From: Carcharhinus longimanus
Lineage: Eukaryota
DNA: 64,000 nucleotides
Assembly (NCBI GenBank): GCA_030264375.1
Contig: JASCQW010000112.1
Location: forward strand, 36,556,444-36,620,443
Direction: 5' to 3'
Every line of letters begins with the position of its first letter. The stretch's first letter is position 1. Position numbers and translations under genes: made by a program. This document shows positions 37,723 through 51,919 of the stretch, one piece after another. The notes under the pieces were generated by a model. The model was given only the letters and a program-made list of their open reading frames with translations, made no database searches and was not told the DNA's origin.

Positions 37723-38200
37723 TGTATTTTAATCATCAGAAGATAATGCCCAATGGAAAAAAACAAGTATCCTGGTAGGTATTAATGTATAAGATTTTTG
37801 AAGCTGACAGTGTAACATAAAATGTAATCATTATGAATTTTTATACAACTTTTAAAAATCATTCTTGGCATTCTGGTGGCAAACTTCATTAATCATACCT
37901 CCATAGTAGTCAACTTGTGAATTGTTAGTTTGAGCCTTTTATTGCTGAAATGCATTTTTAGCAGTTCAGTATTTACAATGGTATTGGAGCTTAAGACAAA
38001 AGGTAAATAAGATTTTTTGATGTTAAGAATAGTATGCTATTAAAGTTTGACTTTGTGAAACCCAATCACTCGTGTACAACATGACGACTGTTTGTACTCT
38101 GTCAGCGTTGCTTTTGTTATAAGCATTCAATCTTTTTTCAGAAAAAAATTTAATTGACTTGAGTACAATTGTTTAAACTTTGTATGGAAATGTTTTACAG

Positions 38201-38325
38201 GGATCAGGTGGAATGATCAACAGCCACAGTTTCAGTTCCAGGGCGTACTTTTTTGATAATCCAAGACGATATGACAGTGATGATGATTTGAGTAGAAGCA
38301 GTGGATCTAGAGGAGAGAGAGGAAG
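38201..38325 (+). CDS. GPR137C: GPR137C exon 6 ([30 protein letters not shown]...)
   Basis: ttttacag acceptor and gtgggt donor, 125 nt; contains the family-conserved [15 protein letters not shown]. Confidence 0.93.
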
Positions 38326-41199
38326 GTGGGTGAAATTGCTTTCCCAGAGATGGAACCTCCACATTCTTAACCATTTGACGCTACTGAAAGTAATAACCTT
38401 TTTAAAGAAGCATAATGGATGAGGTTTTTGCCAATTATAACCATTAGCAAAATACTTCATAACTAATAACTTCTCTCTTTTTATAGAAGGAAATACTTTT
38501 TTAGCAGTGTGGCTTTGGAGCCATGTGGCCTCAGATAATTGTCACTACATTTCGGTATATCCTCCTTCACTCCATTTTGCAAATTGTTGTACTGTGGAAG
38601 ACTTCCTTGATTTTTGTTGTGCAGTAAACTGGCTAGACCCTGGCAGAACTATCTTTAAATGTGCTATGCAAAACATTTTTCTTTTTTGTTTTCCTTCCAT
38701 GAGTCATTTTTAAAGAAATTGTAAAGTTGTTTGAGGAGATGATGCCTTTTTTACTTTAAGATGTACTATGTTGCTTTGATAATCCCATTCAAAAATTACA
38801 GTTTGAGGCTGTATAGAGATGCCTTCCTTATGTATCAGTTGGCAAAAGTGACTTCAGTCACAATGAACCTACATAGGTCCCAGCTCTGAACTTCAAGACA
38901 ATTCCTGAACTACATGTTGAGCTGACTCTTTACAGCCGCAACATATTGGCTGAGTGCCACGCTTAAAATTTGGAACTTCTTCGTCAGGAATAAAAAAAAG
39001 CAGAAGTGTAATATTAACTAACAAACATATTTCAATCCACAGAAGTTAAATGTAAACTAAATGCTGAAAGGAATACATTTTCCCAGTTGCACCATATTGC
39101 TTATGTGGCTTCAGGAGTGCTCTGATGCTACAACAAAAGGGCATCTGCTGATTATCACTAAGTTGCTCAAGTGATGAGGTGTGACTATCAATCTTCAATA
39201 ACATTCTATAAAACTTAAACTGGAACAAAGGCCACTGATATATTTTGACATGTGGAAGGGAAGTCCCACAAAAACTACAGTAAGTCCTTGCTTTAAAAAT
39301 TGCAGTTTTATTCCTGAAAAGCACAATGTTAAGCAAATCTGATTTTTCTCATTACAGCAATACAATTCTGTAGAGCCTTTCCCATCAAAAAAAATTACAT
39401 CTTGTAAGTTCAATCACTGCACATCCCTAAATTCCTATATTTGTAAATTAAATATAAATTTGAAATAAATGTTTCCCCCTCATTTGCTGCTTTCTCCCCC
39501 AAACCTGCACTGAGAGCAAGGACTCAGGAGTGAGGGAGCAAGAGGAGCTGCAAGTGGAAAGGTCAAGGAGGAAAACGGTGAGTGGGAGAAGAGTCCATCC
39601 TAGCATGAAACAGCTCTAAAGCAAGAGTCCTGATGCTCTGCCAGCCCAATTATATCCACAGCACTAAAGTGAGACTTGCTGAATGAATGAGGCAAGACTG
39701 ACAGTTAAAGCATGGAAAGAGACTGTGTTTGCCCCATGTCTGTGCTGGCCCTGTAAAGGAGAAGTTCACCTAGTGCTTCTCCATTGCCATTTTCCCTTAG
39801 CCTTCAAACTTGATCCAATTCCATGCTGAAAACCCCAGTTGACCCAGCCTCCATCATTCTTGGGCAGTGTGTTCCAGATTCCAATCACTTGCTGCATTTT
39901 AACACTTTTTTCATGTCACCAATTATGTTTAATCTGTGCTGCCTTATTCTCGATCCTTCTGCCAATGGGAACACTACTCTGTCCAGATCCTTTGTAACTT
40001 TGAATACTCCGATATTTTCTTTCCCAAAGAGAAGTGCCAACTCCGATCTATTATGTAGCTGAAGTTCGTCATCCTTGGAATCATTCTCGTGAATCTTTTC
40101 TACACCCTCTCATGCTTTCATGTCCTTCCTTAAATGAACATATGTAGCATCATTTAATGTTATAACTCTGCTTCTGAGATCTGCTAACAGACTATTGGCA
40201 GTCACATCACATCCAGTTATAAGGTGCCTGTGTTATTCCAGCTGATACTGTTGGACTGGTCACATCCTGGGATGGAACCTGGCTTGATAGACCCTAACAC
40301 TTTTTGTTTAGAGAGGTGGAGAATGACTACTGAACAGAGCCTTGGGAGTCAGCTGATTAACTTTTAACTTTTAATTAGAGTCATAAAACTTATTGGAATA
40401 CAGGCATCTTTTTAAAGTGAAACCAACATTCAGGCTTCATCATTCTTGCCATCCAAATGCAGAAATATAAATTAAAGCTATATCTTATTCCTGATGAACA
40501 CAATACAAACACAATTTACTTAAAACTATCTGTATTTCCTAACACTCGCACTCTTTTAAAAAGAAAACAGGTTTTCAGCAAATTAACTTTAATGGAACTT
40601 TTATAGAGAGCGATTTAGGTTCCATCNNNNNNNNNNNNNNNNNNNNNNNNNNNNNNNNNNNNNNNNNNNNNNNNNNNNNNNNNNNNNNNNNNNNNNNNNN
40701 NNNNNNNNNNNNNNNNNNNNNNNNNNNNNNNNNNNNNNNNNNNNNNNNNNNNNNNNNNNNNNNNNNNNNNNNNNNNNNNNNNNNNNNNNNNNNNNNNNNN
40801 NNNNNNNNNNNNNNNNNNNNNNNNNNNNNNNNNNNNNNNNNNNNNNNNNNNNNNNNNNNNNNNNNNNNNNNNNNNNNNNNNNNNNNNNNNNNNNNNNNNN
40901 NNNNNNNNNNNNNNNNNNNNNNNNNNNNNNNNNNNNNNNNNNNNNNNATCATTAAGCATCAGTGTTGCATCTGGACTATCCTGGAGAAAATATAATCTTG
41001 CATCACCAATTGCTTTTGTTCCATCACTGGCTCGCATAGCTGATGGTGTGTGCACCAAGCTAATGGTTATCTTTGGGATTGATGTTGCCAGTATTTGTTT
41101 AGCTCTGAAAATGAATTGCAATGAGTCAGCAGTAGCAGCCACTTCCAGTAGAATTGCTTATGATTTGCAGCTGTGTGTGAACTGCTGAAAAGTGCAGGC

Positions 41200-42420
41200 T
41201 GAAGGAGTGGTTATAGCACAACAGGAGGCCATTCAGCCAATCTTGTCTTACGCTGATTTTTCTGCAGCTTGCCTAGTCCCACTCCCCCACCTTTTCTTGA
41301 TGGCTTTGTGAATGTTTTCAAAGAATTATCCAATTCTCTTTAAGACTTCAACTGAATCGATCTCCACCACACTCTCAGGCAGAGTATTCCACATTCTAAT
41401 CCCATGCTACATTTAAAACTATATAGTAGTGGCATAAGCTAAACTACTTTTGCCAGTCACCTTAAATCAGTGTCCTGTAGTACTCAATTTGTCACTTTCT
41501 CCCTACTTACTTTGTTCAAGCATCCCATTAATTTGATCACCTCTAACAAATGTCCTCTTGTAGTCTTAACCTTTTTCTCCCAAGAGAATAATTCTTGAAT
41601 CTCCGATCCATACAGTTCCTCATCCCTGAAACTATCCTTGCAAATCTTTTCAGGACTGTCTCTAATATCTTCACAAAGGGCTGCCCAGAAGTGGACACAG
41701 TACTATGGCGGAGGTCAAAGCAGGGATTTGTACAGGTTCACCATGACTTCCTTGCTTTTGAACCCTTTTATCCCTGTTTATTAAACCCATGATTCCATAT
41801 GCTTTATTAATTGCTTTCTTAATATTGCCTTGCCAATGATTTGTGCACATGTACCTAATCCCTGCATATCATCCATCACTTATCTGTCCATTCCACCATC
41901 CTGACTTTGTTTTTTGAAGTTTTATCCCTATCTTCCTCACTTCACAACATTTCCAAATTTTGTATCATTTGTAAATTTTCCAATTGTGATTTGTACATGA
42001 GTCTAGATCATTAATGTTGATCAAGGAAAGCAATGGTTCAAACACTGACCACTGGGGAACCATGCTCTATCCCTTCCTCCTGTCCAATAAAGCAAGCATT
42101 TCACTTTTCCTGTCACTTGGCAGTTCTATTCTGTTGTGTTCCATCATGTCTGTGTGGCTCTTTTGGTATCTAACTGGTTCAATTTCTCAGCCCTATCCCC
42201 ATGCCACCCTGTCAGACAGTACATTCCAGATCAGAATTCACTGTGTTAAAGTCAATTCTCTGCCTTTCACCCTGGCTGTTTTGCTAATTATCTTAAAGCT
42301 GTGGCCTCAGGCAAGGGTTGCTGACNNNNNNNNNNCTGACTTTTCTGTCCCTGGAAACAGTTTCTCACTTGATCAAAATCCTTCATGATTCTGAACATTT
42401 CTCAATTTCTGTGAACATCC
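41200..42420 (-). mobile_element. Old CR1-type LINE fragments
   Basis: Reverse-complement CR1 3' motifs (ctccaccacactctcaggcag, ttcctcatccctg, actgaccactggggaacc). Boundaries approximate. Confidence 0.6.
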
Positions 42421-45179
42421 TCTATTAGTAAGGAGAATAATCTTGAAGCAAAAAGCTGACAAATTTCAAAGTAAAAATTAACTAAAAATTCCATATCTAT
42501 AGATAAGACATCATTAAAACAGTATGCAGAAGATGTGAAATAAATTCATCTAAAAGGTCACAAATTTGCATTGTTTCCATTCCTGTATACTGTAGAGTTT
42601 GGAGATTTGTGAGCCCTGTTTATCGTCTTTGGATGAATGTCAATATGCTAACTTTTTGTTCCTTTGTTTGGCAAGGACTTGTGTTTGGCTTTTATTCCAC
42701 AACTGATTGCTCTCTGAAACCTTGCTTAAAATGACTGTTGATCATCTGTAAACTTCAACAGCAAGTGTTGCTGGACAAACCTAGACACCACCTCATCATT
42801 TCCCATCACCCTTATTTCTGAGGGTCCCCTAAAGCTAAATATTGCAGCAGTTTGCTTTGCTTTGTTTTGCTCCCAGTGCCCCATCCAATATCCCATTTGC
42901 ACTGCCCAGCCATAATGCAGCACAGAATGAGTATCATAACAGCAAATGCAGGCCATTGTGTGTACCAGTACTAGCTGCTCACAAAGCAAACTAATCTAAT
43001 GCTATTCCTCCCATCCCTCACTCTCTTAGCTTCTGATACTTTTAATTATTTGTGTAGTATCATTAAATATTGTGATTCAATGCAAGCAAAATACCATGCA
43101 TGCTAGAAATCATATCAAAGATGCAAATGCTGAAAGTGCTCTGCAGATCTGGTAGTACCTGTGGAGAAGGCAAGATTTCAGTTCCAATGAAAGGTTATTA
43201 GCATTAATTCTGTTTCTATTCTCAGATGCTGCCTAGTTGTCTGGGTATTTGTAGCATTTTCTGCTTTTATTACAGATTAGGTATAACCATATCTTTTCAG
43301 CTCTGGAACATTATAACTGAGGGTGGAGGTAACTCAAAGATGTGCTGGGGCACCCTTGAAGTACCCATGCAGGTAGCTTGAACCTCCAATGAACAATTGC
43401 CCTACAATGGGAGCCATCCAAAGATGTGCAGGTTAGGTGGATTGGCCATGCTAAATTGCCCCTTTATGTCCCAAGGTTAGGGGGAATTATCAAAATTTAG
43501 CAGGGTAAATATGTGGGGTCTCAGGGTAACCTAAGAGTGCAGACTCATTGAGCTCCTTCTGCACTGTAGGAATTTTATGATCCAAAGTCCAATTTAAATC
43601 TGCTTTCCAACTGTTTTACAGCAATTAATTACTCAGGAAAAGTTAGAATTAAAGCCATTTATAACTTCTGGGTAAATATAGTACTGACCCACTCTGCCCC
43701 TAGTCCTACCCACCTGCCTTGTACACATCTCCATGGCTTCTCTAAATGGCTGGACTTTTAAATCTACTTGCTTTAATGCAGCTAGTGTCATTTAAAAAAA
43801 AAAGGGGCATACCTTCCTGCTTGGGTGCCTGGAGAGACAAGGCTTTGGGAACCTGCTGCACTATCCTTCTCAGCTGCTCGAGTCTTGAGGGTCAGGTGAA
43901 AGAGGTATGCTACATTTCAAGGTAAGTAACTAGGAACAAAGTGACAATGCTGATTGCCAGTCCAAGGAAGTTACAGTCAGAGCTGGGAATGTTTAAAGGT
44001 GTGACAGTTTTTAAGCAAGGCAAGGAGTAGGTGGAGGAAAGAAATGGTTGCAGAGATGCCAACTAAGATTCAAAATCTCCCCATGTGACATTTTAGAGGC
44101 ATATTGCTGCCTGCTTCAAATGATTAATATTTTCATGACCCTACATTACCTGCCAAGCTGCTTTTGAAAAGAAATTTAGTCCCCAGAATAGACAGCTTTT
44201 TTGAAGGCTGTAAAAGTTTACCTTTCAGTTGAGACTTATTGTAAATGGATGTTAAGTGGTCAAAGCTGCTGATGAGAAGATTTGGACTTTAGAGATAAAT
44301 ATACTTCCAATCCAGATTTTTGTAAATGTTGTCCAGAAAAATTTAAAGATTTATCCTTTCATTATGGAGCTGGAGGGTTGTGTGCTACAGTGTAGTGGGC
44401 TGAAGAATCCAGAACAAATTGAGGGTGGGGTGGGGTGGTGGAATTGTAATGAGAATTATTTAGCAATTGTATTCAAAATAATTCACTTAATCCCTCCAGC
44501 TCACGTGGGAAGTGGACAGTAAGACTCCATTACAATCTCCCTTGCTCCAGCCCAAGTGATCTCCCACTCTTGGAGGTTCTCCTCAAATGTGCTTCACCAG
44601 GTTGTCTTTGGCATCTTCTGCCTGATGGTGTCCACGCTATGTTTTCATGAACTGGGGCATTGGGATATTTGTATTCAAAGTCTCTGCCCCTTTTCCCTTT
44701 ATTACAGCTTGACAATGTTTCAGAAACTTCAGAAAGAGTATTCCCATATTGTTATCCTAAATGTCTTCTCATTGTATCCATATCCCATTTGGTTTTGAAA
44801 GCCATAGAATCTTCTTTTTACCTAGCGGAAATAATTCACTAAGTGTGCAAGAGCTCTTGAGCCATCTTATATGAAGGAGCTAACATTCACTTTCCAAATT
44901 GTCCTCCGCCTCTTGAGCCATGATCAGAGAAAGCAGGAATGTGTATTTTCACTTTGACTTTGACCTTGCTCGCGTTCCCAAATTATGATCCATCGTGGAA
45001 AATGATTATGCTGTAACAGCACTGGTAGATGTTTGGGAACAAGTCAGCTATCTGCCTGCCAGAATAATTTGGTAAGGACTGAAACTGGAGATAAAAATGT
45101 TAGCTGCTAACATTAAGTTTTTTTTCTTTTAATTAAAACTTAAAATCCCTTTTTGCTTTCCCCCCTACTGTTTTTAAAG

Positions 45180-45381
45180 CATCCAATCCACAACACCACA
45201 AGGCACTGGTTGGTATGGAGCCATCCATAGGAATAGCAATTACAATGTAGTGTCTCACTTGCTGAATGGACCTCCAGCAGCTACAGCACCACTTCTCTTC
45301 GCTTATGGTAACATTCAAAACAACCACCATCATAACTATTATTCAACACCACAAAACTATTATTCAACACCACAGAACTAA
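45180..45381 (+). CDS. GPR137C: GPR137C exon 7, terminal coding part ((S)IQSTTPQGTGWYG...APLLF...NYYSTPQNYYSTPQN*)
   Basis: Polypyrimidine tract plus aag acceptor; matches the human GPR137C tail (GWYG...LNGP...TAPLLF...TPQN*); TAA at 45379-45381. Total CDS 1236 nt, 411 aa. Confidence 0.9.
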
Positions 45382-48300
45382 TGGGAATCTACAATTTCAG
45401 TCCTGTGGAAAATGTTTACATGCCAATTTTCATGGGCTGACCACTTGGCTCGCTATGAAAGAATTTCAATTGTGGTGCTCTAAGAAAAAGTTATCAATGA
45501 AGTAATCTTCAGAACTGCATCAATGACTATAAAAGGAGGATAGTGACACCCTGTAGCGTTGCAGCTTGTCTTGACTGTAGTAATTGAGACTGCATATTGC
45601 ACTTTTACCTGCACTTGTAATCGGAACACAATTCCAGAACGAATCTTGATTTATAATCAAAGTTTTTTTGGAAGGTTTTTAGAATTAATCTGGGCCGAGC
45701 AGAAGGAACTACTTTCTTCATAACTTGACCATTCTAAAGCCTGTTTTAATGTGTGATAGGTTTATGGAAGGCAGAGATAATATGCAAACCTGCCCTTTTT
45801 TAAGCTAGCTGAAAGAGATTGGTTGTTTTAAATACACTAATGCTGTGATGCATGAATTTCAGATATTCTTATAGATAACTGCACATGGTTTTGTCATGGG
45901 AAAACAATATTGGCAAGTTTGGTCATATTGTTTCCAAGACTAGATTTAAGACCAACTTGGAAATCTGTTAAGTGATCAACCAAGCATCTGAATGTAATGT
46001 ATGGTGCAATGTTTTACTATTTGCCATTTGGAATCTTGTATATGGGCTAATGTTCTGTTTAACAGAACTTAACATCTGTACATGTATTAATATTGCCAAT
46101 ACAACTGTAGCCTAAAGCTGACAGCATTATCTTAGCCTATTCTGCTGTAGTAGAGTTGCATGTTTAAATTTAATGAAGAATAATCTTGTAGCCCACATGA
46201 TATTTTGGGTATTTGGGGTTTGAATTCTTGAGGGCTGGTTTCTTCAAACAAGGATGGAACAATTATTGGATTTCTTTGTCTGTAATGTAATTTAAACATG
46301 TTGTGTACACCAGCATGTGTTTTTGTACACACTTGAACATTCCATGAAACAGCTGGATATTTAAGTACACTACACAACAATTGTAGGGCACGGATTAAAC
46401 ATATGGTACAACATGAAACTATTTTGCACGTTTTCCTTTGCACTGGTATTCATGAAGGCAGTAGAGCTATTAATTTCAGGAGATGAATGTGAACTGTTGA
46501 CTAGTAAATTGTTTGAATGTACTGTATTTTTATATCTAATTGAGATGGAAGCCGTACAACATTATGACTCAGGATCTTAATGGAATTCAGTAAAAATAAG
46601 ACTAGTTTCTACTAAATGTCTTTAAATCTGAGGGGTGCCAAATTTGCGCACTCAGTTGCAAAAATAGTATTTCTGACATTGGTAGAGGTTATTGCATATG
46701 ACTTTTGAAGTCATAAAGTGGTACAAATTAATGAGATTAAATGATTTCCAATGTGAGCAAAATTAATCTTGCCTCAAAGTTGATACTTGTAGCATTGGAT
46801 AAGCATATGAGGGTGTGCTACCCAGTTTTACTGAAAGGCAAAGATCACTTAAAGGCCAAAAAAATGTTTTGACCTTTGTATGTTTGGTACATTAAGAATG
46901 AACCCAAGTTTAGGATCATGCCATTGCAGAAGTGCAGATATTTCTATCATTGCCAATAATACTTCTGTCATCTAAAGCTCTGACCTTTCTCAGTAGAAAG
47001 ATTGAGACTTGGGTTGTGTTATTTGGTAGGTAGGGGGAGAGGCACTGAGGGAGCTGATAATCTTCGCCTATGTTTCACAATCTATAAAATGGCTTTCTAA
47101 AATGTTTTGCTTGTGTTAGCCTTATTCAATTCACACATCTACCCTCCAGTTTTTATGCAAACTATTCATGTGTATTTTTACTTCTGCGCTTTCCTTTTGG
47201 AGAATGTGTACAAATTAGTCATTACATTATCTGTGCAGTAAAGACAGACCTCTTGAAAAAGTATTCACCTGCTGAAAATCACTTACCTATTTCTGATGTA
47301 TTTACTGTTTCCCTCTTTTAACATATACCAACTGAAAACATTGAGACTAGCCCAATCTAATTGCAGTCTTTGTTTGGTGATGCGTGGTTTCTTCAGGTGC
47401 TCCAAGAGTAACTTTGATCAGTAAGTCATATTTGGGGAAGGAATGGTGGCATTACAGAAGAAGGAAAGGGAGGGAAGAGAACCACAGTTCAGGGTTGCAA
47501 ACAATTAAATGGATTGTTTCTGTCAATAACTAAAATTGGACTTTGATCCATGTACATTCTGATTGGGGGAAAAAATAGAATTGGCCATGCAGGACTGATT
47601 TTAAAAATGTAATGTGCTTGTTTGGAGTCATTAGTCATATTAGTGATTTAATTTTTAATGCATGCTATTACTGATGTACAGCAGCCATTTATTTGTAGTA
47701 AGATGTATATCTTGGCAGACTTATCTTCAGGCAATGCATTTCTACCATTTTTACTTGTGTAGAATCTAATCCAAAAGGATAAAGTCTTGTCATTGTTTTC
47801 AAAACTCAGAAGTACAGTACCTTTGAAGTCTCGGTCCCTCATGTTTGTGTTGAAATGTTAATACTAAGGAATTTTGAGCCACTAGTTACAAATGTGTTTA
47901 TTTAACAAATCATTTCAGATATGTATGTGCCAGCTTTTGCTAATGTATATTTTGTTCTTTCATGGGATGTGGGCATTGCTGGCAAGGCTAGCATTTGATG
48001 TCCATACCTATTTAATTGAGGTGGCTTACTAGGCCATTTCAGAACAAGAGTCAACCACATTGTTGTGGATTTGGAGTCACATGTAGGCCAGACCAAGAAG
48101 GATGGTAGATTTATTTCCCTAAACAACATTAGTGGACCAGATGGCTTTTCTCAATGGTGATTTTTATGTTCTGAATTACTGAGACTAGCTTTCATTCCAG
48201 ATTTTATTAATTGAATTTAAACTCCACCAGTTGCCATGGTGGGATTTGAACCTGTATCTCCCTGCACATTAGCCTTGGCCTCTGGATTGCTGGTCTGGTA

Positions 48301-49140
48301 ACGTTACCACTGCACAATCATCTTTCCCAATTTTAAATTCTGCAGCTCTTTGAATTAATTCATAGTTTTTGTATTTTTCACTTATTGAACCAAGAGCTCA
48401 TTCTAATTGTATTTTCCATCCAGTCCATGAGTGAATTGTCCTAGCTGGCAATCAGTCTGAGGATCAAATACTTATCACATTGCTGTGTGAAGTCTTCTGT
48501 GGACCAGGATCTGAACAAGCAAACAAATACTACCCCTACTGTTGACTTGATGTGTGATTGTAAATGGTCAGCTTAGCTCAGTTGTGAAGTTTTGATTTCT
48601 GTGTGACCTGAGCTTCTGTTTTTGAAGGGTAAAATTTGTTTCTGTCCTTGTAAAATCTTCAACTTTAACCTGATTCATTTTGTCTTTATATTGTTGGTGT
48701 TAGGACAGAAATATTGATAAACAGTTCAACATTTTGGTTCATTTATTCTCTTTTCTTTGAAAATACTTTTGAATTATTTTTCTTTAATGTTTTCAGTAAC
48801 TTTTGAATTTGTCACTTTTCAAGATTGAATATTTGTAAAACTTTACCAGTAATCTTTAAACCTAAAAGTCTGTCTTTTTGTGGGAGTATCTAAGTGTACT
48901 GTGCTGTTAATTTGTTTATCTATAAAGTTAACCACTACACTTGTACTGTTAATTGTAAAGCTGCTCTGAAGGCTTTATTTTATTGTGGCCAATGAATGTA
49001 AATGGATTTACCATGTAATAAGTTGTAACAAGCACTACCATATTTAAATAACCATTTTATGGCATTCGTAAAGGGAAGATGTAAGTATTAAAAATTAAAG
49101 TTTTAAATCTCAATTGGAAAATCTGTCTTAGTTTCTGTGC

Positions 49141-49146
49141 AATAAA
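49141..49146 (+). promoter_or_regulatory. Candidate GPR137C polyadenylation signal (3' UTR about 3.8 kb)
   Basis: AATAAA at the end of a long AU-rich, mostly unique region, with further ATTAAA/AATAAA nearby. Confidence 0.4.
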
Positions 49147-51381
49147 ATGGAGGTGGTAGCCAAATAAATGACTAAATGATCACTTCAAATTGACATTTAT
49201 ATTATCATTGGGATAAGATGTTTAGGTGGGGGAAGGGATTGGAGGAGACCAATGATCTTTTTCGTATTCATTCAATGGAAACTCTGCTTCATTATGGTTT
49301 AGTTTAGAATAGACATTGAATTTGGGGAAAAGTGCCCAAACAGAGTCTGCTGCCTTCTATGGAATTTCTTTGGTTAAGGTGCCAGCTAGTTTTGATGCAA
49401 GAAATTCAAGTACAGATCGCACTGACTGAGACCCCCGCCTTTCCATGTTGGCACAACTTGTACAAGTAGAAGCAGGTGTAGGCTGCTTAGGTCTTCGAGC
49501 CTGCTCTGCCATTAAATAAGGTAATTGCTGACATGAGTATGGTCTCAACTCCAGTTTCCAGCCCATTCCCTGTTGGGGCTCGCCTGTCAAAAATCTATCT
49601 AACTCAATGTTCAATTACCTTGTCTCCACTGCTTTCTGGGAGAAGAGAATTCCAGAGATGACCTGAGGTGGGGTGGTGGGTTGGGGGGGGGGAAGAAAAT
49701 CTCATCACTTAAATGGGAAGCCACTTATTTTTAAACTGTTCCCTAGTTCTGTCACTCCACAAAAGGAGACTTTTTTTCAAGTCCCCATCAGGATCTTTTA
49801 TGTTGCAAGATTTCTCATTGTTCTAAACTCTGTCTGCAGGCCCAACATTTTCTCTGAAATAATAATGCACATATATCCCTCCTTTATGTAAGGACACCAA
49901 AACTGTACATGCACTAGCCATGATCTCAGTTGTAGCATAACATTCCTACTTTTATATTCTATTGTCTTTGCAATAATACTAGTATTCAATTTGTATTGAT
50001 CACTAGTTGTACCTATAGAATCTCCACAGTACAGCAGGAAATCTGCAGTCCTTTACCTGGTCTGGCCTAATGTGGCTCCAGCAATGTGGTTGACTCTCAA
50101 CTGCCCTCTGAAGTAGCCTAACAAGTTAGGGATGGATAATAAATGCTGGCCACCCAGTGACAAGCATATCCCATGACTGAATAAAAAGTATTGCTCCATC
50201 TGCCATTTTCCCCCACTCACTGTCCCTTTGCAAATTCTACATCCTCCTCACAATTTACTTTCCTTCCTAACTTTGTGTCATCATCAAATTTGGCCCCTTT
50301 ATCCATGTCATTTGTAGAATCCAGGTTTGCAACATGAGATCACTTAGCTCATTTGTGTCTGTGCTGCTGAAAAATCAGCCACAAAGCCTAACCCCCTCCC
50401 AGCTGCGACTCCCCTTTTCAGGCAGTGAGTTCCAGATCCCCACAGCTATCTGGATGAAAAATCTTTTCCTCATCTCACCCTAATCTTTCCACCAATCATT
50501 TTAAATCTGCTTCCTCACTCTTTTCTGCTAAATAGGGTCTTTCCAACCACTGTCTCCAGGCCTGTCAATTTTGTACATCTGTCTCCCCTCAGCTTCCTCT
50601 GTTCCAAAGTGACTCCAGCCTATCTAATGTTTCCTCATTTCTGTGATTTCNNNNNNNNNNNNNNNNNNNNNNNNNNNNNNNNNNNNNNNNNNNNNNNNNN
50701 NNNNNNNNNNNNNNNNNNNNNNNNNNNNNNNNNNNNNNNNNNNNNNNNNNNNNNNNNNNNNNNNNNNNNNNNNNNNNNNNNNNNNNNNNNNNNNNNNNNN
50801 NNNNNNNNNNNNNNNNNNNNNNNNNNNNNNNNNNNNNNNNNNNNNNNNNNNNNNNNNNNNNNNNNNNNNNNNNNNNNNNNNNNNNNNNNNNNNNNNNNNN
50901 NNNNNNNNNNNNNNNNNNNNNNNNNNNNNNNNNNNNNNNNNNNNNNNNNNNNNNNNNNNNNNNNNNNNNNNNNNNNNNNNNNNNNNNNNNNNNNNNNNNN
51001 NNNNNNNNNNNNNNNNNNNNNNNNNNNNNNNNNNNNNNNNNNNNNNNNNNNNNNNNNNNNNNNNNNNNNNNNNNNNNNNNNNNNNNNNNNNNNNNNNNNN
51101 NNNNNNNNNNNNNNNNNNNNNNNNNNNNNNNNNNNNNNNNNNNNNNNNNNNNNNNNNNNNNNNNNNNNNNNNNNNNNNNNNNNNNNNNNNNNNNNNNNNN
51201 NNNNNNNNNNNNNNNNNNNNNNNNNNNNNNNNNNNNNNNNNNNNNNNNNNNNNNNNNNNNNNNNNNNNNNNNNNNNNNNNNNNNNNNNNNNNNNNNNNNN
51301 NNNNNNNNNNNNNNNNNNNNNNNNNNNNNNNNNNNNNNNNNNNNNNNNNNNNNNNNNNNNNNNNNNNNNNNNNNNNNNNNN

Positions 51382-51518
51382 CTCATAGCTCAACCCCCTC
51401 AACTCCGGTATCAGCCTAGTAAACCTCCTCTGCACTCCCTCCAAGGCCAAAATATCTGCGCAGGTGCGGCGCCCAAAACTGCACACAGTACTCCAGCTGC
51501 GGCCTCACCAATGCCCTA
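51382..51518 (-). mobile_element. Young CR1 ORF2 fragment next to a gap
   Basis: YRALVRPQLEYCVQFW and ADILALEGVQRRFTRLIPELRGLSYE. Confidence 0.85.
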
Positions 51519-51919
51519 TATATCTGGCACCTCCATATTATACTTGGAAGTGTAGCATCTGTAATTTATTAATATTTCACCACCTGAGGGAAGTGAGATA
51601 TTACAGGAAAACCTGAGGCCTGGTACTTGGGGCAAGGCAGATTTTTGCTTCATTAAAATCAACTTGGACCTAAAGCTGGAGACTGAGAGAGAAAAGGGAG
51701 GTCCACTTCCCAGAGGGTGGCAGGAGAGGCCATTGTTAAATGCAGAAGGAGCACCTCTGCATTTTGCATAATCTCCCTTTGCCTCCAATTGTTATTCCCT
51801 GGATGAACTGTCCCTTTTCAGAGCCTCAGGATCCTCAAGATCTCCAGCTCTCTGGAGGGTTATGTTATGAAGAGCACAGAGGACTTCCACAGTGACTGAG
51901 ATCTTGGTACTAACTGGCC

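Noticed and set aside
14898-45381. Calling the genes GPR137B and ERO1B
   Set aside because: The TXNDC16 neighbour, [13 protein letters not shown], the TPQN terminus and CVGCFKC all indicate GPR137C and ERO1A.
50589-51486. Long X-filled ORFs (also at about 40.6 kb and 53.3 kb)
   Set aside because: Artefacts of translating N gaps.
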